Shown here: piece by piece, positions 58,071-64,000 of the stretch
Layout of the letters: each line of letters starts with the position of its first letter
How positions within the stretch are numbered: the stretch's first letter is position 1
The notes under the pieces: model-generated
The model's input: only the letters and a program-made list of their open reading frames with translations
The model's database searches: none
What the model was told of the DNA's origin: nothing
Translations under genes and position numbers: made by a program
From: an uncultured Anaerolineales bacterium
GTDB taxonomy: Bacteria; Chloroflexota; Anaerolineae; Anaerolineales; UBA11858
DNA length: 64,000 nucleotides
Direction: 5' to 3'
Assembly (NCBI GenBank): GCA_964481465.1
Contig: CAYZTL010000001.1
Location: 16,743 to 80,742, forward strand

Positions 58071-59168
58071 ATGAGTGTAAGTAAATCTTTACCTCTGAAT
58101 ACAATCATCACCGGGGATGCGGTGGAGGTCATGAACGCCCTCCCCGCGGGATCAATTGACCTCGTCTTCGCCGACCCGCCCTACAATTTGCAGTTAAAGG
58201 ACGAGTTGTGGCGGCCCGATCTGAGCAAAGTCGACGCCGTGGATGATGAATGGGATCAATTCGAAAATTTCAAAGCTTACGACCGCTTCTCTCAAGCCTG
58301 GCTGGCCGCCGCCAAACGGGTGCTCAGCGAGGAGGGAAGTTTATGGGTCATCGGCTCCTACCACAACATACACCGGGTGGGAAAAATCCTCCAGGACCTC
58401 GGCTTCTGGATCCTGAATGAGGTGGTCTGGATCAAGACCAATCCCATGCCCAACTTCCACGGCGTGCGTTTTACAAACGCCCACGAAACCCTGATCTGGG
58501 CCAAAAAATCCGAGGAGAGCCGCTACACATTTAACTACCACGCCATGAAATCCTTCAACCAAGGCAAGCAAATGCGCAGCGATTGGACCCTCCCCATCTG
58601 CAAAGGCAAGGAACGGGTGCGGATCGAGGGAGAGACGGTCCACTCCACGCAGAAACCGGAGGCCCTGCTTTACCGCGTCCTGGTCTCATCCACAAACCCG
58701 GGTGATATCGTACTCGACCCCTTCTTCGGTACAGGGACCACCGGTGTAGTGGCCAAACGACTGCACCGCCCCTGGATCGGGATCGAGAGAAACCCCACTT
58801 ATGTAGAAGTCGCCCGAGAGAGGATAGAGGGCGTAGAGCCCGAACCGTATCAGGAAGGGACCTTCGACATCCGCGACAAAAAACGCCTCGCTCCCCGGGT
58901 CCCCTTCTCCCACCTCCTGGAACAGGGATATCTCAAACCGGGACAAAGGCTCTATTTCCGGAAAAACACAGCCCAAGCCGCGACCCTCAAACCCAACGGC
59001 AAATTACGCTACGGGGATTATGAAGGATCCATCCACCAAACAGCGAGATACATTCAGAACGGGAGCCCTATCAACGGTTGGGATCACTGGTATTATAAAA
59101 ATGAGGAGGGAGAGATGGTGGTCATCGATCACTTGCGGGAACGCGTCCGGGAAATGATGGATAAGTGA
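58071..59168 (+). CDS. N6-adenine DNA methyltransferase, beta class, CcrM/M.HinfI-like, with the family C-terminal domain
   Basis: DLVFADPPYNL near the N-terminus, HSTQKPEAL, DPFFGTGTTG, and a C-terminal segment RVPFSHLLEQGYLKPGQRLYF...GSIHQ...NGWDHWYY resembling the CcrM C-terminal domain. The start could instead be 58023. Confidence 0.88.
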   Translation: MSVSKSLPLNTIITGDAVEVMNALPAGSIDLVFADPPYNLQLKDELWRPDLSKVDAVDDEWDQFENFKAYDRFSQAWLAAAKRVLSEEGSLWVIGSYHNIHRVGKILQDLGFWILNEVVWIKTNPMPNFHGVRFTNAHETLIWAKKSEESRYTFNYHAMKSFNQGKQMRSDWTLPICKGKERVRIEGETVHSTQKPEALLYRVLVSSTNPGDIVLDPFFGTGTTGVVAKRLHRPWIGIERNPTYVEVARERIEGVEPEPYQEGTFDIRDKKRLAPRVPFSHLLEQGYLKPGQRLYFRKNTAQAATLKPNGKLRYGDYEGSIHQTARYIQNGSPINGWDHWYYKNEEGEMVVIDHLRERVREMMDK

Positions 59169-59234
59169 GAGATACACAGTCTCCCCCTGACAACCTGTTT
59201 ATCAGACCCACACCCGCGAGGGCCTATCTAAAAA

Positions 59235-60455
59235 ATGAACATCCGATCGATCACTTACTTTGACAACCCCCAACTTCCCCTCAATGAATCCGTATTGGAT
59301 CGGGCAGGGAAATTCATCGCCCAGGCAAAACCCGCTTTTGAAGATGCTGGCTACAAGGTCCAGACGGCGCGATTCGCCACACCCCCCTTCCCCACCTTCC
59401 TCCCATCTCTGGAAAAGGAGGAGTTCATTTCCTACGCGCAAACTCTGGAGACAGCCGCTGCCCAGCGGGGATTCGATTACCTCTCCCTTGGGCCGGCCCT
59501 CCCTTCCTACCCTGAGAGCTACTCCCTTGTCCCCGACGTGATCCGAGAAACGGAGAACGTGTTCCTGTCCGGGTCACTGACCGCTCCCGAAAAAGGGGTT
59601 TCCCTGGCGGCGGTGCGGGCCTGCGGAGAGATCATTCACACCCTCGCCCCTCTGGATGCAAACGGTTTCGCCAACCTCTACTTTGCTGCCCTGGGAAACG
59701 TGCCTCCCGGTGCCCCTTTTTTCCCGGCCGCTTACCACCACCCGGGCCCTCCGGGATTCAGCCTAGCCATGGAAGGCGCGGACCTCGCCCTGGAAGCGTT
59801 TCAGCATGCGGAGGACCTGCAGGAAGCGCGTGAAAACCTCATCCGGGCTTTAGAAGCGCACAGCCAAACACTCACCACACAAGCAGCAGACCTTGAGAGA
59901 GAATTTGAAGTTAAGTTCCAGGGCATCGATTACTCCCTGGCTCCTTTCCCCGAAGAAGGACGATCCCTGGGTGAAGCTTTGGAAAGCCTTGGCATCAAAA
60001 CCCTGGGAAACCACGGGTCCTTGGCTGCCGCTGCCTTCTTGGCGGACAGCATCGATCGGGCCCACTTCCCCCGCACGGGATTCAGCGGTTTGATGATCCC
60101 GGTTCTGGAGGATATCGTCTTGGCTGCCCGCGCTGAAGAGGGGCCCTTGACGGTCAAAGATCTCCTCCTCTACTCCGCCGTGTGCGGAACCGGGTTGGAC
60201 ACCGTCCCCCTGCCGGGAGATCTCTCTCCCGGACAGATCAGCCCTGTGCTGCTGGACATCGCTACTCTTTCCCTGCGGCTTGATAAACCCCTAACCGCCC
60301 GTTTGATGCCCATCCCCGGGAAAAAAGCCGGGGAAGCCACCGCATTTGAGTTTCCTTACTTCGCTAACAGCAGGATCATGGCCTTAGAAGCCAAAGAGCT
60401 GACCAACTTGATGGGCGGGGAAGGGTATCTCGAAATCCAACCCGATAATCCCTGA
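59235..60455 (+). CDS. DUF711 (UPF0210) family protein
   Basis: MNIRSITYF N-terminus and SAVCGTGLDTVPLPGD...ARLMPIPGKKAGE match my recollection of the DUF711 family. Confidence 0.75.
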   Translation: MNIRSITYFDNPQLPLNESVLDRAGKFIAQAKPAFEDAGYKVQTARFATPPFPTFLPSLEKEEFISYAQTLETAAAQRGFDYLSLGPALPSYPESYSLVPDVIRETENVFLSGSLTAPEKGVSLAAVRACGEIIHTLAPLDANGFANLYFAALGNVPPGAPFFPAAYHHPGPPGFSLAMEGADLALEAFQHAEDLQEARENLIRALEAHSQTLTTQAADLEREFEVKFQGIDYSLAPFPEEGRSLGEALESLGIKTLGNHGSLAAAAFLADSIDRAHFPRTGFSGLMIPVLEDIVLAARAEEGPLTVKDLLLYSAVCGTGLDTVPLPGDLSPGQISPVLLDIATLSLRLDKPLTARLMPIPGKKAGEATAFEFPYFANSRIMALEAKELTNLMGGEGYLEIQPDNP

Positions 60456-60510
60456 CCATTCCAAACACCCCCTTTCTGGTCTGGTGGGTTTCTCCCTCTC
60501 CAACTCGAAT

Positions 60511-61548
60511 CTACAGTTCTCTTACCGCCCCTCTGAGGTAATCCAAACGGGCCTGGGGAAGCCCGGGTAGGGCGTCCAAGGCGTAGAAGGGGCTATCCCC
60601 TTCAATGACCAAAGAGGAACTGACATTCCCGTGCAGAACCGCTTCCAAGGGATCATATGTCCGCCGGTATCCAGCCAGAAATCCCCCGCAAAACGCGTCC
60701 CCCGCTCCGGTAGGATTATGCAATCGAGCCGGATAGGCCGGGATCTCCCACCGCCTCCCGCTGCCCGTCTCATACAACAGCTGCCCTTGTTCTCCCCGTT
60801 TGATGACCACGATCTGACACCCACAATGCCCTACCTCTGCAGCCATCTTCCACAGATCCACTTCCACTCCCCGGAAGATCCCGCGCAAATCTTCCTCTGT
60901 GGGCAAGAACGCTGTCAACCCGGTAACCAGCCCGGGTAAATCGCCATAATACGTAGGCTCCATGTACACCGAAGCCGGATCCAGGGTGACGGTGCTGAAT
61001 CCCATCTGCCGAAAAACGGCCGGCAGGAGATTGTGGGTGTGGTAATCAAGAGGACAAAGATGCGCGTTGGTCGCCGTCCGATAGCTGTCCGGGAGATCGT
61101 CTTTCCGCAAAGAGATTTCCCCCATTCTCATCCGAGATCCCACATGTGATGTATCAGGATCATAATCCAGCAGCGCTTTAGGCAACGGCTGTCCAATGCG
61201 CGCGAAATGGGGCATTGGGTTATCCTCCACCCGGGTCACTTTATCGATGTAGGTATAAAATTTCCTGAGATCAATGGCTTGGGGGAGGATGCTGACCCCC
61301 TCTACGTTAATACGGCGGCGGACGAACTCTTCCAACCAGGGCTGGGGATAATCCTCGCCCACCCGGGCAAAGATGCCCGGCGGTGGATCGTTTTCCCAAA
61401 CTAAGTAACCGACTGCAGCGTAAAGCGCATTTCCCCCCGGGATATCTATAACAGGCCGGTCATCAGCGGTAAGAAAAAACTCGTGGCGTAAGGCTCCCGC
61501 GAAGATCACGTTTGGCGGGGGCAGATCTTTGGGATTCATCTTACACAA
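60511..61548 (-). CDS. PfkB-family carbohydrate/nucleoside kinase
   Basis: GGNALYAA N-terminal region and PTGAGDAFCGGFLAGY ATP/anion-hole motif. Confidence 0.8.
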   Translation of the reverse strand: MCKMNPKDLPPPNVIFAGALRHEFFLTADDRPVIDIPGGNALYAAVGYLVWENDPPPGIFARVGEDYPQPWLEEFVRRRINVEGVSILPQAIDLRKFYTYIDKVTRVEDNPMPHFARIGQPLPKALLDYDPDTSHVGSRMRMGEISLRKDDLPDSYRTATNAHLCPLDYHTHNLLPAVFRQMGFSTVTLDPASVYMEPTYYGDLPGLVTGLTAFLPTEEDLRGIFRGVEVDLWKMAAEVGHCGCQIVVIKRGEQGQLLYETGSGRRWEIPAYPARLHNPTGAGDAFCGGFLAGYRRTYDPLEAVLHGNVSSSLVIEGDSPFYALDALPGLPQARLDYLRGAVREL

Positions 61549-61563
61549 ATGCGTTCAGGGAAA

Positions 61564-61782
61564 TCACTTCCCGATTTGCGACACCTGGCGCATAAGAGAA
61601 AGGATCGATCCGCCCAGTTTCAGTCCATCCCGAGCCGAAAAACGAATTACATCCTCTTCTTCTAAACGGCTGGTAAGCATAAACCCCGCTCCAGCTCCTG
61701 TCAGGGCGCCAATCAAGGCACCCAGGAGGATGATTCTGGTTTGATTTGTCTCTCTGATTTGAATTTCTTTGTTCTCTGTCAT
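61564..61782 (-). CDS. Hypothetical small membrane protein (1 TM, Gly-zipper-like)
   Basis: AAGGTGAGG SD; ILLGALIGALTGAGAGFML helix. Confidence 0.5.
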   Translation of the reverse strand: MTENKEIQIRETNQTRIILLGALIGALTGAGAGFMLTSRLEEEDVIRFSARDGLKLGGSILSLMRQVSQIGK

Positions 61783-61825
61783 ACCTCACCTTTTATGTCA
61801 AAACGCTCCAACCAAAACGAGTGAA

Positions 61826-62221
61826 CTATCCCCCCTTTCCAAAGACGGATTTCAAGCCAGCCCAAAGGCTCTTGACGCGCAAAATCGGCTCGACCGTCTT
61901 CGTAGAAAAGGTCACCACCCCATCATGCACATGTTCTAAAAAAGCCTTCACACGGCGCATGCCTTTGGGTAAGATGTGCAGGAGACGGGATAGCCCGTAA
62001 ATGAGCACGACTAAGAGGGCCAAGGGCAAGAGGGAAAAGAGCATGGCAGGTATGATTAGGATCACGGCTGAGATATCCGCGAAGCGGCTCACATCCGCTC
62101 CCTCCGCCGCCCCGACCGCAGCCCAGATCCCCAAACCCAAGATGACGATGCTGCCCATGACAATAGGGAAGGTAACCTGCCAGAAGGCCCCTTTATGATA
62201 GGTCTTATTGTTTTCACCCAT
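61826..62221 (-). CDS. Hypothetical membrane protein (2-3 TM)
   Basis: 131 aa with hydrophobic helices. Tandem with the preceding small membrane protein. Confidence 0.55.
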   Translation of the reverse strand: MGENNKTYHKGAFWQVTFPIVMGSIVILGLGIWAAVGAAEGADVSRFADISAVILIIPAMLFSLLPLALLVVLIYGLSRLLHILPKGMRRVKAFLEHVHDGVVTFSTKTVEPILRVKSLWAGLKSVFGKGG

Positions 62222-62456
62222 GATGTTGATATTGTAGCATGTTTTTCAGGGCTATTATTTACCGCATAAAAACGCATCCGCTTCCTGGCTCCACTCCCTC
62301 TCCCTTCAGACCCCGGCAACCCATGTTATACTGAACGGAGATACCTGGGAGATTGGATTGGGGCTCCAAAAGTCCGGGAAGTGACCGTTGGACCCGGAAG
62401 TCGTTCTTCCGGCGAACTTTGATGAGTAAACGAATATATAAGCAGGAGAGACACCC

Positions 62457-63389
62457 ATGATCGAAGTAGCCATAATGTTAGAAGGGCAAAACGGGCTGAC
62501 CTGGCCGCGCTGGAAACGCCTGGTCAAAGCTGTAGAGGAATTGGGTTTTGCCGGTTTGTATCGATCCGACCACTACACCAACGCCAACCCGCCGGATAAG
62601 GCCTCCTTGGAATTATGGACATCATTGACTTGGTTGGCAGACCATACCAGCCGAATCGAGTTTGGACCATTGGTTTCCCCGGTCTCCTTCCGCCATCCGA
62701 CCATGACAGCCCGGATGGCAGCCGCTGTGGATGACCTCTCCGGCGAGAGGTTGATCCTGGGGATTGGCGCCGGGTGGCAGGAACGGGAACACCACAAATT
62801 CGGTCATGATTTACTGGATGTGCCCGAACGATTTGACCGCTTTGAGGAAGGTGTGGAGGTCATCTCCCGGTTATTGCGGAGCGAGGAACCTTCCACTTTT
62901 GAAGGGGAATATTTCCAAATAAGGGAGGCCCAGCTGCTGCCCAGACCCCAACGGGAAGGGGGGCCTCCGATATTGATCGGCGGCAACGGGCCCAAGCGCA
63001 CGCTGCCCATCGCGGCCCGCTTCTCGGATGAGTGGAATGCGGTGTACATCCCTCCCGAAAAATTCAAGGAGCTGAACAACCGGCTGGATGCCCTTCTGGA
63101 AGGCAAGGGCCGCGAAAGGGAAGACGTCCGGCGCTCGTTAATGACCGGCTGCATTTACGGTGAAAGTGAAAAGGAAGTGACCTCTAAAATAAGAGACCGT
63201 ACAGATGGAGAGTCCTCCACTGCGGAGCTTCGTGAGCGAGGTTTGGTGGTCGGCACGGCGGATCAGATCGTGGATCAATTAGGGCATCTCGCTGATGTCG
63301 GCGTCCAACGCGTGATGCTGCAGTGGCTTGATCTGGACGACCTGGACGGACTGCAATCCCTGGCGGAAGGCGTGCTGCCCCAAGTCTGA
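62457..63389 (+). CDS. Luciferase-like monooxygenase (LLM) class oxidoreductase, probably F420-dependent
   Basis: Family layout: MLEGQNGLTW..., SDHY, LILGIGAGW, EHxxFG. 310 aa. Confidence 0.85.
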   Translation: MIEVAIMLEGQNGLTWPRWKRLVKAVEELGFAGLYRSDHYTNANPPDKASLELWTSLTWLADHTSRIEFGPLVSPVSFRHPTMTARMAAAVDDLSGERLILGIGAGWQEREHHKFGHDLLDVPERFDRFEEGVEVISRLLRSEEPSTFEGEYFQIREAQLLPRPQREGGPPILIGGNGPKRTLPIAARFSDEWNAVYIPPEKFKELNNRLDALLEGKGREREDVRRSLMTGCIYGESEKEVTSKIRDRTDGESSTAELRERGLVVGTADQIVDQLGHLADVGVQRVMLQWLDLDDLDGLQSLAEGVLPQV

Positions 63390-63576
63390 AATCGAGCCCG
63401 CAATACCGAGGATTATCTCAGAAGATGGCGAAAATCCCTCTTCTATGCCTCTCCTCATTGAACCCTAATCAGCACCTTCCATATTCCATATCTTTGGCTT
63501 GAGATTTTAATTGGTTGCCTGCTTTAATTGTCGCTGCACCCGATGACTTTGTCGTTAGATAATCAGGAGTTTTTGC

Positions 63577-64000
63577 ATGAATCGAAGAGATACATTGGAT
63601 CACATCCGGAAACACCCGGAGGTTTCCGCCCTCATCATCGGGGCGGGTATCAACGGAATCGGCACTTTCCGGGATTTGGCACTCCAAGGGGTAGACTGCC
63701 TGATCGTCGATCGGGGAGATTTCTGCTCCGGCGCCAGCATGGCTTCCTCTCACATGCTGCACGGCGGCATCCGCTATCTGGAAAACGGCGAATTCCGTCT
63801 GGTCCGGGAAGCGCTCCATGAGCGCAACAACCTGCTCCGGAATGCACCGCACCTCACCTATCCCCTCCCCACAACCATTCCCATCTTCAAGTGGTTTTCC
63901 GGCCTGTTCAACGCGCCCTTGAAGTTCATCGGTTTGCTGGATCAACCCGCCGAACGGGGAGCGATCATCATCAAGGTGGGGCTGATGCTTTATGACGCTT
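63577..64000 (+). CDS. glpD: FAD-dependent glycerol-3-phosphate dehydrogenase, N-terminal part (continues past window end)
   Basis: ATG at 63577 after AGGAG. ALIIGAGINGIGTFRDLALQG (GxGxxG), DRGDFCSGASMASSHMLHGGIRYLE. Not in the ORF track because it is open-ended. Confidence 0.8.
   Translation, partial: MNRRDTLDHIRKHPEVSALIIGAGINGIGTFRDLALQGVDCLIVDRGDFCSGASMASSHMLHGGIRYLENGEFRLVREALHERNNLLRNAPHLTYPLPTTIPIFKWFSGLFNAPLKFIGLLDQPAERGAIIIKVGLMLYDA

Overview
64-kb bacterial chromosomal window with about 60 protein genes and 1 tRNA. I found no rRNA, CRISPR array, transposase or integrase. Housekeeping blocks: (S21-like remnant)-dnaG-rpoD at the left edge (minus strand); a fused alpha-beta glycyl-tRNA synthetase; pepF; rdgB; tRNA-Val(GAC); glk; a T-box-controlled thrS; infC (apparent ATA start) and rplT with no intact rpmI between them; then macro-domain / TrmH-family / CcrM-like methyltransferase / DUF711 genes. 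From about 2.4 to 34.3 kb lies an accessory-looking region for amino-acid, guanidino and peptide metabolism. It holds an MFS transporter, a 487-aa fold-type-II PLP enzyme, two paralogous Lrp/AsnC regulators, a Lat-like aminotransferase, a decayed aminotransferase, a COG2403 P-loop GTPase-like gene and ornithine carbamoyltransferase. It also holds an arginine:glycine-amidinotransferase (AGAT)-like gene present twice, inside a 1,514-bp direct repeat (13527-15040 and 29857-31370; the first 1,413 bp are identical). The repeats bracket a 14.8-kb minus-strand cluster: a family-5 peptide ABC importer with a permease-ATPase fusion, D-aminoacylase, a dehydratase-like PLP enzyme, a DAP-like beta-lactamase-fold hydrolase, an S9 peptidase and an M20 hydrolase. 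This looks like a locus for scavenging peptides that contain D-amino acids. The best candidate for something undescribed is a 41-nt near-invariant promoter/operator core present three times. Read on the minus strand it gives TTGAAT-17-TATAAA. Each copy drives a roughly 290-310-nt leader into the two AGAT copies and the PLP enzyme, and two copies sit back-to-back with the lrp paralogs. This suggests a small Lrp-type regulon around an AGAT-OTC-COG2403 operon of unknown pathway logic. Other notable points: a 448-aa orphan protein with a Pol-beta-type nucleotidyltransferase motif, a bacterial DRG-like GTPase with a degenerate switch II, an orphan CcrM-like methyltransferase, and a high pseudogene density of 8-10 decayed genes (frameshifts, truncations, and two in-frame nonsense codons). 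All calls rest on manual reading and remembered family motifs; no searches or statistics were run.
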